From positions 17,982 to 81,981 of the forward strand of contig CAYYAQ010000003.1 of NCBI GenBank assembly GCA_964469555.1: a stretch of DNA of 64,000 bases, read 5' to 3'. Below the pieces are notes generated by a model that saw only the letters and a list, made by a program, of their open reading frames with translations, did no database searches and was not told the DNA's origin. How positions within the stretch are numbered: the first letter of the stretch is position 1; every line of letters starts with the position of its first letter. A program made the translations under genes and the position numbers. Below are positions 52,660 to 62,682 of this stretch, one piece after another. The stretch is from an uncultured candidatus Brocadiaceae bacterium (GTDB taxonomy: Bacteria; Planctomycetota; UBA1135; UBA2386).

Positions 52660-53729
52660 AACTCCGAGTGAAGGTCGCTCTGCGTCGCGGGAGTTTCGAT
52701 CTCGACGTCGACTTCCGGTTGACCTCGGACATCACCGCGTTGTTTGGTCCTTCCGGATCCGGCAAGACGACGCTCCTGCACGCGATCGCTGGAATGGTGC
52801 GACCGGACCGGGGCCTCATTGCGATCGATGACCACATCTTGTTCGATTCGCAGAACTCGATCTGCATGCGTCCACCGCAGCGGCATGTGGGCATGGTGTT
52901 TCAGGATCTTCGGCTCTTCCCGCATCTCACCGCGGAGGGGAACCTGCTGTTCGGCTACCGACTGACCGCGGAGCGCGAACGAAAGCTGACTCCAGATGAT
53001 GTCGTCGAAGCGCTGGAGCTCGGCGCTCTGCTCTCGCGCCGACCCGACCAGTTGTCAGGCGGGGAGCGGCAGCGCGTGGTGTTGGGCCGCACGCTGTTGT
53101 CGATGCCGCGGTTGTTGTTGATGGACGAACCGCTCGCGGCGCTCGACGTGCGGTTGCGGCGACAGATCCTCCCATACTTGCGGTGGGTTCACGAACGTCT
53201 GTCGATCCCGATCGTCTACGTGAGCCACTCGTTGCCCGAAGTCCTCGAGTTGACAGACCAGGTCGTCGTGATCGATCAGGGGAGAGTCACGGGACAGGGC
53301 GAGGTCTTCGATGTGCTCGGCAAGACGCTGCGCGGCGACGAGGAACCGTTCAGCATCGCCAGCCTCGTGCCCGTAATCGTCGAGTGGATTCACGAAGAGG
53401 GTGACTTCATCCGTGGCCGGATCGGTGAACAAGAAGTCCTCCTGCCGTTTGCTCAGATGTCTCCGGGCCAGTCGGGCCGCGTCGCGCTCCGGCCCGAGGA
53501 CGTGATGCTCGCCCGTGAGCCACTGGAGGATATCTCTGCGCGGAACCAACTTCGCGGTGTGGTTGAACGCATCTCGTCGCTGCACGGTCGCCTCCTCGTG
53601 CACCTCCGCATCGGTCCCGACGCCGTGATCCGCGCCGAACTCACACGCTCCGCCCAGCACGACCTCGAAGTCGTCGAAGGCGCCGAGTTCCGCTGCGTCA
53701 TCAAGACTTCCGCCTTTCTGTGGCAATAG
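52656..53729 (+). CDS. modC: Molybdate ABC transporter ATP-binding protein with C-terminal TOBE/Mop domain
   Basis: ATGA overlap with modB. Walker A GPSGSGKTT, Q-loop, signature LSGGERQRV, Walker B LLLMDEPLAALD, and a C-terminal TOBE-like ~120 aa. Confidence 0.85.
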   Translation: MKLRVKVALRRGSFDLDVDFRLTSDITALFGPSGSGKTTLLHAIAGMVRPDRGLIAIDDHILFDSQNSICMRPPQRHVGMVFQDLRLFPHLTAEGNLLFGYRLTAERERKLTPDDVVEALELGALLSRRPDQLSGGERQRVVLGRTLLSMPRLLLMDEPLAALDVRLRRQILPYLRWVHERLSIPIVYVSHSLPEVLELTDQVVVIDQGRVTGQGEVFDVLGKTLRGDEEPFSIASLVPVIVEWIHEEGDFIRGRIGEQEVLLPFAQMSPGQSGRVALRPEDVMLAREPLEDISARNQLRGVVERISSLHGRLLVHLRIGPDAVIRAELTRSAQHDLEVVEGAEFRCVIKTSAFLWQ

Positions 53730-53939
53730 GCGTGGGCGTTGTCGCGCGTTGCAGCCCCCCAGGTCGCGCATCGTCGTGATCCCGCGAACGGCCTTCTTGT
53801 CGGAGGCGCCACCGCGGTCAACCTGCTTGCGCAAGCGTTCTTCGCGGACAGCGCGGCTGTTCAGGGAGTGTCCGCGACGAACGGGTTGAAGATCGTCATC
53901 CCCTAGTTGGTCAGCACCTCGATGTTCCAGTGGATGACT

Positions 53940-55613
53940 TCAGCGGCGGTAGCCGGGGCCGCGGACCACGCGACCGGGGAGGGCGCCGGTGTGGTCGCCG
54001 TCCTTCAGGACCTGCTCGCCGTTGACGAAGACGTCACGGACGCCGACCGCGAGTTGGTGGGGTTTGTCGTATGTGGCACGGTCCGAGACCGTTGCCGGAT
54101 CGAAGATGACGACATCGGCGAAGTTGCCGGTCGTCAGGCTGCCGCGGCGGCGCAGCTTCAGGTTGCTCGCCGGTAGCCACGTCAGCTTGCGGATCGCTTC
54201 CTCGAGCGGGATGAGCTTCTCGTCGCGGCAGTACTTGCCGATGACTCGCGCGAAACTCCCGTAGGCGCGCGGGTGGGTGTTCGACTTCAGGAAGGCGCCG
54301 CTCGGCGTGGGCGCACCGGAGTCGGAGCAGAAGCTCAGCCACGGCAGCTTGATCTTGCGGCGCACGTTCTCCTCCGACATCAGGAAATACACGCACTGCA
54401 CGCGTGACCCGTCCTCGATGACGAGATCCATCGCGGTGTCCTCCGGCGACTTGTTCCGGAGCTTGGCGACCTCCTCGAGCGTCTTGCCCGTGTACTGCTT
54501 CAACGCCGCGTTCTTGAACCCCACGAGCAACACGTTCTTCGCGCCGCCGGCGGCGAGGTACAGGTTCTCCCACTTGTCTGTCGGAGTCGTCATCTCCTTG
54601 CGCACCAGCTCCCGCACCTTCGGCTTCTGCAATTGGTGCCGCCACCGCGGGTATCCGCCGGCCTGCACCCAAGGGGGCATCGCGGCGTCGAGACCGGTGG
54701 AGCCGGCCGTGTAGGTGTACATGTCCGCGGTAATCTTCAATCCATCGGCTCGCGCCGCCTCGACCTTCGCGATCAGCTTCTCGAGCTTGGGCCAGTTCGC
54801 CGCGCCCGCCGCCTTGAGGTGGTAGATCTCGGCGGCGACCCCGCTCACCCGGGCGATGTGGATCAGTTCGTCCAACGCCTCGAGCAGCTGGTTGCCCTCG
54901 CTGCGCATGTGCGAGATGTACATGCCGCCATACTCTCCGACGATCTGCGCCAGCGCGACGAGCTCGGATGTCTTGGCGTAGAACGCCGGGGCGTAGATCA
55001 GCGAAGTGCCGAGTCCGAGAGCGCCGTCCTGCATCGCCTGCCTGCAGAGCGCCCGCATCCGTTTGAGCTCGCCCGCCGTCGGTGCGCGGTTTGCGTAGCC
55101 GACTTCGTGAATCCGCAACGTTGCCGCCCCGACGAAGGACGCCACGTTGATGCCGACGCCGGTCGCCTCCAGATGCTCCAGGTATTCGGCGAGCGTCGTC
55201 CATGACACGCCGAACTTGAGGTCGCCCTGGTTCGTGCGCATCGCGGACTTCATGTCGTCGTTGAGCGGCCCCATCGACGTCCCTTCACCGAAGATTTCCA
55301 GCGTGACGCCCTGCTTGATGTCGCTCATCGCCCGCCGGTCGACCAGCAACGTGCGCGTCGCCCAGCTGAGCATGTTGATGAATCCCGGTGCGACCGCCAT
55401 GCCCTTCGCGTCGATGACCTGCGCCGCTGTTCCGCTGACATCACGACCGACCGCCACGATGCTGTCGCCGTGGATCGCGACATCGCCGACGAATGGCCGC
55501 CCGCCCGTGCCGTCGTAGATCGTCCCGCCGCGAATGACGGTGTCGAATGTGTGCGTTCGGCAAGCGGGGAGCAGGGCGCAGAGAACGAGAGCGGATCGAA
55601 CGAGGGCGTGCAT
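53940..55613 (-). CDS. N-acyl-D-amino-acid deacylase (D-aminoacylase) family amidohydrolase, lipoprotein
   Basis: Signal plus lipobox LLPAC. DTVIRGGTIYDGTG...GDVAIHGDSIVAVG...IDAKGMAVAPGFINMLSW N-terminal pattern. HMRSEG, SFCSD. C-terminal FADVVIFDP...GVRDVFVNG. Confidence 0.78.
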   Translation of the reverse strand: MHALVRSALVLCALLPACRTHTFDTVIRGGTIYDGTGGRPFVGDVAIHGDSIVAVGRDVSGTAAQVIDAKGMAVAPGFINMLSWATRTLLVDRRAMSDIKQGVTLEIFGEGTSMGPLNDDMKSAMRTNQGDLKFGVSWTTLAEYLEHLEATGVGINVASFVGAATLRIHEVGYANRAPTAGELKRMRALCRQAMQDGALGLGTSLIYAPAFYAKTSELVALAQIVGEYGGMYISHMRSEGNQLLEALDELIHIARVSGVAAEIYHLKAAGAANWPKLEKLIAKVEAARADGLKITADMYTYTAGSTGLDAAMPPWVQAGGYPRWRHQLQKPKVRELVRKEMTTPTDKWENLYLAAGGAKNVLLVGFKNAALKQYTGKTLEEVAKLRNKSPEDTAMDLVIEDGSRVQCVYFLMSEENVRRKIKLPWLSFCSDSGAPTPSGAFLKSNTHPRAYGSFARVIGKYCRDEKLIPLEEAIRKLTWLPASNLKLRRRGSLTTGNFADVVIFDPATVSDRATYDKPHQLAVGVRDVFVNGEQVLKDGDHTGALPGRVVRGPGYRR

Positions 55614-55630
55614 CGCGGCACGATACCCGA

Positions 55631-57361
55631 CTAACTCTCCTGCTCCTGGTACTGCAGCTGGTAAAGACGCCAGTAGACGCCGCGCCGTTTCATCAACTCT
55701 TCGTGAGATCCCTGCTCGACGAGCTTGCCCGCGTGAAGGACGAGGATCCGGTCGACGTCATGAATCGTGGACAGGCGGTGCGCGATGATCAGGGACGTGC
55801 GTTCTGTCATCACCCGGTGGACCGCGCCCTGGAGCAGGTGCTCGGTGTGCGAGTCGACGTTCGACGTCGCTTCGTCCAACGCGAGGACGCACGGCGCGAC
55901 GACGAGCATCCGCGCGAATGCGATGAGCTGCTTCTCTCCGGCGGAGAGGTTCTTGCCCCTCTCGGCGATGGGCTCGTGGTAGCCGAGGGGGAAGCGCCCG
56001 ACGACGTCGTCGAGATGCAACTCGTCGGCGGCCCGGATTGCGTCGGCGTCGGCGATTCCCGGATGGCCGAGCCGAATGTTGTCGAGCACCGTGCCCTGGA
56101 ACATGAATACGTCCTGGGGGACGATGCCGATTCTGCGGCGCAGGTCGCTTCTCGCGAATTGGCGGATGTCGACGCCGTCGAGGAGGATCTGCCCCGACTG
56201 CAGTTCATACAGTCGCGTGAGGAGACTGAGGATCGTCGTCTTGCCCGCGCCAGTCGCACCGACGAGCGCGATCCGTTCCCCCGGTCGGGCTTCGAAGGAG
56301 AGGTTGGAGAGGACCGGCAGGTCATCGGAGTAGCCGAACGTGACATCGCGGAACTCGATATGTCCGTCGCCCGCGGGTTGTGCAGGCGAACTCGGATCCG
56401 GTTCCTCGGCGGTTTCGTCGAGCAGGTCGAAGATGCGGTCGCTCGCGACCATCGCGTTCTGCATGACCGTGTACTTCAGACTCAAGTCATTCAACGGGAT
56501 GAAGAACCGCCCCATGTAGTCGACGAATGCCACGAGTGTCCCGAGCTTGATCGCGTCGTCCATCTGCAGGATGCCGCCGTAGTACAGGATGAGCGCGGTC
56601 GTGAACGCGGAGAGCATCTCGGTCGCCGCGGACAGCGTGGACTCCCACCAGACGGACCGCAGTTGGGAGTCGCGGAGACCGTGATTGATCTCGGCGAATG
56701 CCGCGACGCGGTTCTCCTCCTGGGCGAACATCTGCACGATGGGCATGCCCGAGACGTGTTCGTGCAGGAAGCTGTTCATCCGAGACAAGCGCTCGCGCAT
56801 CGCGGTGTAGGCCCGCCGCACCTTCTGTCTCACGAACAGGGTCGTGACGACGAGGACGGGGATGATCAGGACGGTGGAGAACGTGAGCTGCGCGCTCAGG
56901 CTGAACAGGATCACGAGCGCCGCGACCAGAAACACGAAGTCGCCCAGGATCGTGACGAGGCCGGAGGAGAACACTTCCTGCAGTGCTTCGACGTCCGTCG
57001 TCACGCGTCCGACCAGTCGACCGAGCGGGGTGCGGTCGAAGAAGCGGGCGGGGAGTTGTTGGAGGTGCCGGAACAGCTTCAACCGGAGGTCGAAGAGCGA
57101 GCCCTGGCCGGCGGTCTCGAGCGCGATCAACTGCCACCGTCGGCACAGCGTCTCGACTCCCGCGACCAGGAGGTAGAGGCCTGCGAGCGTCCAGAATCCG
57201 TCGAGTTTGTTCGGCACGAGGTGTTCGTCGATAGCGACGAGCACGATGTAGGGGAGCGTCAGACGGCACGCCGCGTTCACGAGGAGCAACAGCAGTCCCA
57301 ACCAGATGAGACCTTGATGCGGTCGAATCACCTCCCAGAGCCGTCGGGTGTTTCGCCTCAT
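55631..57361 (-). CDS. ABC exporter, fused permease/ATPase (type I exporter half-transporter)
   Basis: Six-TM N-terminal domain plus NBD: GATGAGKTT, LSAGEKQLIAFAR, LALDEATSNVD, IAHRLSTI. ATGA overlap with the upstream partner. Confidence 0.88.
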   Translation of the reverse strand: MRRNTRRLWEVIRPHQGLIWLGLLLLLVNAACRLTLPYIVLVAIDEHLVPNKLDGFWTLAGLYLLVAGVETLCRRWQLIALETAGQGSLFDLRLKLFRHLQQLPARFFDRTPLGRLVGRVTTDVEALQEVFSSGLVTILGDFVFLVAALVILFSLSAQLTFSTVLIIPVLVVTTLFVRQKVRRAYTAMRERLSRMNSFLHEHVSGMPIVQMFAQEENRVAAFAEINHGLRDSQLRSVWWESTLSAATEMLSAFTTALILYYGGILQMDDAIKLGTLVAFVDYMGRFFIPLNDLSLKYTVMQNAMVASDRIFDLLDETAEEPDPSSPAQPAGDGHIEFRDVTFGYSDDLPVLSNLSFEARPGERIALVGATGAGKTTILSLLTRLYELQSGQILLDGVDIRQFARSDLRRRIGIVPQDVFMFQGTVLDNIRLGHPGIADADAIRAADELHLDDVVGRFPLGYHEPIAERGKNLSAGEKQLIAFARMLVVAPCVLALDEATSNVDSHTEHLLQGAVHRVMTERTSLIIAHRLSTIHDVDRILVLHAGKLVEQGSHEELMKRRGVYWRLYQLQYQEQES

Positions 57362-59256
57362 CGCGTCCCATCCTCGTCCGGGTCGGAGTGGCCCGATGCA
57401 TCGGGCCCCAGTTCGTCAAGGCCCAGCTCCCGACTCAGCTGCGACCGGCGCGTCTGCCTCCGGTGCAGCGACGCGTAGATCCCATCCTGGCGCAGCAGGG
57501 CGGCGTGGTCTCCGCGTTCGACGATCTCGCCCTCGTCCAGCACCAGGATCTCGTCGGCGTGCGCGAGCGTGGACACACGGTGCGCAACGAGGATCGTGGT
57601 GCATTTCCGCATGATGGGCCGCAACGCCAGGAGGATTTTATCGGCGGTGTGGGTGTCGACAGCTGAGAGCGTGTCGTCGAGAAGGAGGATCTTCGGTTGC
57701 AACAGAAGCACGCGGGCGAGGGCTGTCCGCTGGCGCTGACCTCCACTCAGGTTCACGCCGCGTTCTCCGATCATCGTGTCGAGTCCGTCCGGAATCTGGT
57801 GCAGGTCTTTCTCGAGTTCGGCAGCCGTTACCGCGGCGTGAATCTCCTCGCGCGTGGCGTCTGGGCGACCCAGCGCGACGTTGTCGGAGAGCGTCATGTT
57901 GAACAGGAATGTCTCCTGTGGGACGGTGCCGACAGCTCTGCGGTGTTGTGCGAGACGGATATCGTTGACGTCCAAGCCATCGATGAAGACCCGGCCCGGC
58001 TCCACCTCCAGCAGGCGTCCGATCGTGCGGAGCAGCGTCGTCTTTCCCGAGCCCGTGGCGCCGATGATGCCGATCGTCTGACCAGGTTCGGCGCGAAACG
58101 AGACGTCGCGCAGAACCTCACGGCCATCGATCTGGTCCTTTGCCTCGGGGGGCAGGCTGCCGCTGAGGTGAGGTTGATCGCGCAGTGCTGGGAAGAAGAC
58201 CGACAGGTTGCGCACTTCGAGCGCGCCGCGCTGGATGGCGCGCCCGGGACCTTCGCCACTCTTCGCAGGCTCCGGATCCACGAGGTCGGCTGGCATGTCG
58301 AGGACCTCACAGATCCGCTCGAGGGCGACCGCGCCACGCTTGAGCGAGCTGATGACGAACCCCAGGATGCCCGTCGGTGCCGCGAGGATCATCATCCAGT
58401 AGATCATCGAGATGAGTTCACCCAGCTCGATGTCGCCGCGCGTCACCATCGGGCCGCCGACGGCCAGCAGGATGAACGTGCTCAGCGAGGCCAGGAACAT
58501 CATCATCGGTTGCAGCGATGCCCGCAGCTTCGCGACGTCGAGCATCGTGTCCCTGTAGGCGAGACTCTGACTCCGGAACTGGTCGTAGTCGTGGTCTTCG
58601 AGCGTGAGGCTCTTGATCACCTTCTGGCCGCTCAGGCTCTCGTCGACCTTCGCGCTCAGCTTTGCGAGTTTCTCCTGCGCGGCTCGCGTGCCCTGCTGAA
58701 TGCGACCGGCGAGCTTGCGCGCCAAGTAGAGGAACGGCGGAAACGGCGCGAGGATGCAGAAGGTCAGGAACGGATCGACCGAGAGCATGAAGCAGAGACC
58801 AACCGCGTACACGACCACCGTCTCGGTGAGGTACATGAACACCGGTCCGAGCAGGCCCTGCACGTTTTGCATGTCGTTCACGCAGCGCGACATCACGTGG
58901 CCGGTCTGGTGTCGCACGTAGAACGAAGGCGAGAGCTTGACGAGGTGGTCGAACAGATCCTTGCGGACGTCGCTGACGGCTCGCCGGCTGTTGCCGAGGA
59001 TCATCAGGCGGCTGAGCGTGCGAATCACTGCGCCCAGCGCGGCCGCGCCGACGATCAAGAGCGCGGCGCGCAAGATGAGGTCCGGCGTCGCGGTTGCCCC
59101 GCCGTCGCCCCGGCCCAACTGATCCATGGAATCTCCGAGCAGTTTCGGAATGCACATCTTCAGCACGACCGCGAGCACCACGCACAAGGCGCCGAGCGCG
59201 TACCGGGCTCGGTAGCGCTTCATGTACGGCAGGAGTCGGCGAAGAGGTCTGTCCAT
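57358..59256 (-). CDS. ABC exporter, fused permease/ATPase (partner of 55631-57361)
   Basis: TMD plus NBD: GATGSGKTT, LSGGQRQRTALAR, LLLDDTLSAVD, VAHRVSTL. Probably forms a heterodimeric exporter with the downstream gene. Confidence 0.88.
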   Translation of the reverse strand: MDRPLRRLLPYMKRYRARYALGALCVVLAVVLKMCIPKLLGDSMDQLGRGDGGATATPDLILRAALLIVGAAALGAVIRTLSRLMILGNSRRAVSDVRKDLFDHLVKLSPSFYVRHQTGHVMSRCVNDMQNVQGLLGPVFMYLTETVVVYAVGLCFMLSVDPFLTFCILAPFPPFLYLARKLAGRIQQGTRAAQEKLAKLSAKVDESLSGQKVIKSLTLEDHDYDQFRSQSLAYRDTMLDVAKLRASLQPMMMFLASLSTFILLAVGGPMVTRGDIELGELISMIYWMMILAAPTGILGFVISSLKRGAVALERICEVLDMPADLVDPEPAKSGEGPGRAIQRGALEVRNLSVFFPALRDQPHLSGSLPPEAKDQIDGREVLRDVSFRAEPGQTIGIIGATGSGKTTLLRTIGRLLEVEPGRVFIDGLDVNDIRLAQHRRAVGTVPQETFLFNMTLSDNVALGRPDATREEIHAAVTAAELEKDLHQIPDGLDTMIGERGVNLSGGQRQRTALARVLLLQPKILLLDDTLSAVDTHTADKILLALRPIMRKCTTILVAHRVSTLAHADEILVLDEGEIVERGDHAALLRQDGIYASLHRRQTRRSQLSRELGLDELGPDASGHSDPDEDGTR

Positions 59257-59390
59257 CGGTGGAGATTGGGGCTGGCGAAGTCTCCCCGGACCGGGGGCGC
59301 TGATCTACTTCGAACTGAGGACCACGAACATCCCGACCGGAAGGTACGTGCCGGCGTTGCGCTGCTTGGTCTCGGCCCTACCCTGGCGCC

Positions 59391-60869
59391 ATGGATCGCA
59401 TACCCGGGAGGGCCCCGCGCCCGACGAAGTCTGCCCTGCTCGTCCTCGCCGCGCTGGCGGGCTGTGCCGTCCCCGGATCGGGACCCACGCGACCACCCAA
59501 CATCGTCATCATCTTCATGGACGACATGGGATACGCCGACATCGGCCCGTTTGGTTGCAAGGCATACCCCACGCCGAACCTCGACCGGATGGCCAAGGAC
59601 GGGCGCAAGTTTACGGATTTCTACGTCACCCAGGCGGTGTGCTCCGCCTCTCGAGCCGGGTTGATGACAGGGTGCTACAACGTTCGCGTCGGCATCTTCG
59701 GCGCGCTCGGTCCGAAAGCCCGACACGGCTTGCACCACGATGAGGTCACAATCGCCGAGATCTGCAAGCAGAAGGGCTACGCGACAGCGTGTTACGGCAA
59801 GTGGCACCTGGGCCACCACGAGCAGTTTCTGCCGATGCAGCACGGGTTCGACGACTACTACGGGCTGCCCTACTCCAACGACATGTGGCCGTACCACCCG
59901 GCCGTGCTGCACCTGCCGATGGAACAACGACTGAAGCGGTGGCCGAACCTGCCGCTCATCGACAAGAACAGGGTGATCAATCCGAAAGTCACCGGCGAGG
60001 ATCAAGAGAAGCTGACGACGCAGTACACGGAGCACGCGGTGAACTTCATCGCCGAGAACCGCGATCGGCCTTTCTTCCTCTACGTGCCGCACAGCATGGT
60101 GCACGTCCCGTTGTTCGTCTCGGACAAGTTCAAGGGTAAGAGCGGCGCGGGTCTCTTTGGCGACGTGATGATGGAAGTCGACTGGTCCGTCGGGGAGATT
60201 CTCGGTGCGCTTCACAAGCACGACCTCGACAGGAACACCCTCGTGATCTTCACTTCGGACAATGGACCGTGGCTCAGCTACGGAGATCACGCAGGCTCCG
60301 CTGGTCCGCTGCGCGAGGGCAAGGGCACGATGTTCGACGGTGGGTGTCGCGAGTCGACGATCATGTGCTGGCCGGGCACCGTTCCGGCAGACTCCGTGTG
60401 CCACACTCCGGCGATGACGATCGACATCCTGCCGACGGTCGCACATCTCGTCGGGGCAAAGGTGCCGGACCACACGATCGACGGCAAGAACATCTGGCCG
60501 TTGATCAAGGGCGTCGAGGGTGCGAGGAGTCCGCAGGAGGCCTACTACTTCTACTATGGTCGCGCCCTGCATGCGATGCGAATGGGCGACTGGAAGCTGC
60601 ACTTCCCGCACGGCTACCGGACGATGGCGGGACGTCGAGGCGGGACGGACGGAACGCCGAAGAGATACGAGCAGGCGAAGATCGGATTGTCCCTGTTCAA
60701 TCTCTCCACGGACATCGGCGAGACAACGGACGTGAAAGACCAACATCCGGAAGTCGTGAAGAGGATGCACTCCCTTGCGGAAGCAATGCGACAGGAACTC
60801 GGTGATGGTCGGGATCGCATTGGCGTGGGTGCGCGTCAGGCCGGTCGAATCGGACGGAAGGGGGAGTAG
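59391..60869 (+). CDS. Cys-type (formylglycine) sulfatase, arylsulfatase-A-like, lipoprotein
   Basis: Lipobox LAALAGC. NIVIIFMDDMGYADIG. FGly motif CSASRAGLMTG. GKWHLG. TSDNGP. Confidence 0.88.
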   Translation: MDRIPGRAPRPTKSALLVLAALAGCAVPGSGPTRPPNIVIIFMDDMGYADIGPFGCKAYPTPNLDRMAKDGRKFTDFYVTQAVCSASRAGLMTGCYNVRVGIFGALGPKARHGLHHDEVTIAEICKQKGYATACYGKWHLGHHEQFLPMQHGFDDYYGLPYSNDMWPYHPAVLHLPMEQRLKRWPNLPLIDKNRVINPKVTGEDQEKLTTQYTEHAVNFIAENRDRPFFLYVPHSMVHVPLFVSDKFKGKSGAGLFGDVMMEVDWSVGEILGALHKHDLDRNTLVIFTSDNGPWLSYGDHAGSAGPLREGKGTMFDGGCRESTIMCWPGTVPADSVCHTPAMTIDILPTVAHLVGAKVPDHTIDGKNIWPLIKGVEGARSPQEAYYFYYGRALHAMRMGDWKLHFPHGYRTMAGRRGGTDGTPKRYEQAKIGLSLFNLSTDIGETTDVKDQHPEVVKRMHSLAEAMRQELGDGRDRIGVGARQAGRIGRKGE

Positions 60870-60986
60870 CCCTGGTAGATGCAGGACGTCGACTGGGCGC
60901 AGCTGTACACGACCGCGAGCCTCCTGACTGGCTCGGGGGAGAGATGAGAGGGATGCGCTCGCGGGGTCTTCGTCGACAAGTAGCGC

Positions 60987-62600
60987 CTACTGCAACCCCG
61001 CGAACGGACGGGTCGCGGGATCGCCGATCAGTACGTTGACGAGTTGGTTGGCGCGGCGGGCTTTGGGTGTCATGTTCTTCGGACCACCTTTGACCGGCTT
61101 CGTGTATGCGTTTGCGAAGCCTTCGGTACCGAGCTGTGCGTTGATTACGCGCTGGAATGCCTCACCGACGGTCAGCCCCTTCAGGCAATCTTCGAAGATC
61201 GGGAGCAGGAAGTTCACGCCGCGGCTGAACGCCATGTTGCCGATCACGATCACGCTACCGTCGTCGATGGCCTTCAGTGCGAAGCGCGGCTTGTCTTCGA
61301 TCTTCTCGCCGGGACGAGTTCGTGGAATCACCAGATCGCTCCGAGGAGCGGACGCCGCGAAGCAGGCTCCGCAGAAGATGATCTTGTTCGAGAGGTTCAT
61401 GTCGGTGTAGGCCGACACCTTGGCGCAACATGCCATGCCGGGTTTGCCGTGGCCGAGGACCCAGAGGAACGCGGATTCTTCGATCGCGGTCTGCACGTCC
61501 TTCGGGAAACCATCGAGCAGGTCCCGTCGTTTCTTCTTCCGGATCTCGAAGCGGCCTTCACCCTCGATCTTCGGGTAGTCGCTGCGGGCGCTGATCTCCT
61601 CGCTCGCGGCGATCGTCAGGTCGCGCATCGTCACGCCCTTGGCCGCGAAGAGCTTCTTGAGCAGGCCGCTCGACTCGAAGGATTTGTAGAGGAGGTCGGG
61701 CGGAACTTCAGCGAGGCTGAACGCGCGGAAGTCCTCCTTCTGGACAGGCCGGTAGGCGATCGAGCGGTCGACCAGCGCGGCGAGACTCTTCGGCGTCGAA
61801 GCGACGAGGAACCCGGGCAGCACGTCCAATTGCGGATCCTCGTCGAGGTGGGACAGGATCTCCCACATGCTGAGTACGGTGTTCTCCCCGTAGCTCGCGA
61901 GGCGAGGGGCGATCGCGACGTACCGCGGTATCTGTTCGCGGATCTTGTCGCGCAGGGCGTGCCGGGCCTTCTCGTTCTTCGCGAGCACGGCGAGGTCGTC
62001 GAGGACCAGGACCCGGCCACCGCGGTGGGCGGCGAGCTTCTCGAGGGCGCGCAACGCGACGGCGTCGACGTGGTCGGTCAGGACGAGGTAGCCCTTCTCG
62101 GCGACCGCGTGGGGCTCCGTCTTCAACACTCGCAGTCCCCGCCGACCGCCGCGATTGCCGGCGCCTGGCGTGACGCGGACGATGTCCTTCGGATCGAGAT
62201 CACGGGGTCCACGCTGCGATCGGCTCGTTCCTCGCCGGCGATCGCTCGTCTGTGGTTTTGCGGACCCGATCTTCTCCCACCTCTTCTTCTGTTCGTCCGT
62301 GAGTTTCGCCAGGGCGGACTCCATCGCCTTCTTGCGCAGGCCTGTCGCTTGCGTCCGCAGTGCGCGGCGGTCGCCGCCCTCCTCGGACCGAGCGCGCCGC
62401 ATCAGTGAGTTGAACTTCGTCCTCGTCGTGTCGACGATCGCGCGGATCTCCTCCTGTTGCTCAACCGTGAGGCGAAGCGTCTTGACGGTGTCGTCGCTCA
62501 GGAGGGCAATCGCGCCTGTCCGCCGCGACTGACCCGTCGCGGGGATGGTCAGGAGGAGTGCGAAAGACAGGGAGCCGAGGGTGCGGAAAGGGATCTTCAC
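60987..62600 (-). CDS. Secreted hypothetical protein: LTXXQ-type helical N-region plus C-terminal domain with clan-CD-like His/Cys pair
   Basis: Start set at GTG 62600 (signal VKIPFRTLGSLSFALLLTIPATGQS), which avoids overlap with the divergent AKR gene. LTVEQQEEI and LTDEQKKRW motifs. FLWVLGHG (His codon 61449-61451) and KIIFCGACF (Cys codon 61362-61364). Confidence 0.6.
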   Translation of the reverse strand: MKIPFRTLGSLSFALLLTIPATGQSRRTGAIALLSDDTVKTLRLTVEQQEEIRAIVDTTRTKFNSLMRRARSEEGGDRRALRTQATGLRKKAMESALAKLTDEQKKRWEKIGSAKPQTSDRRRGTSRSQRGPRDLDPKDIVRVTPGAGNRGGRRGLRVLKTEPHAVAEKGYLVLTDHVDAVALRALEKLAAHRGGRVLVLDDLAVLAKNEKARHALRDKIREQIPRYVAIAPRLASYGENTVLSMWEILSHLDEDPQLDVLPGFLVASTPKSLAALVDRSIAYRPVQKEDFRAFSLAEVPPDLLYKSFESSGLLKKLFAAKGVTMRDLTIAASEEISARSDYPKIEGEGRFEIRKKKRRDLLDGFPKDVQTAIEESAFLWVLGHGKPGMACCAKVSAYTDMNLSNKIIFCGACFAASAPRSDLVIPRTRPGEKIEDKPRFALKAIDDGSVIVIGNMAFSRGVNFLLPIFEDCLKGLTVGEAFQRVINAQLGTEGFANAYTKPVKGGPKNMTPKARRANQLVNVLIGDPATRPFAGLQ

Positions 62601-62682
62601 AGCGGGATTGTAGCGGCCATCGTGTGGTGCGCCGACGATTCTGTGGTTCTGAGGGCGTGACCCGGGCGCTAATGTACCAGTC

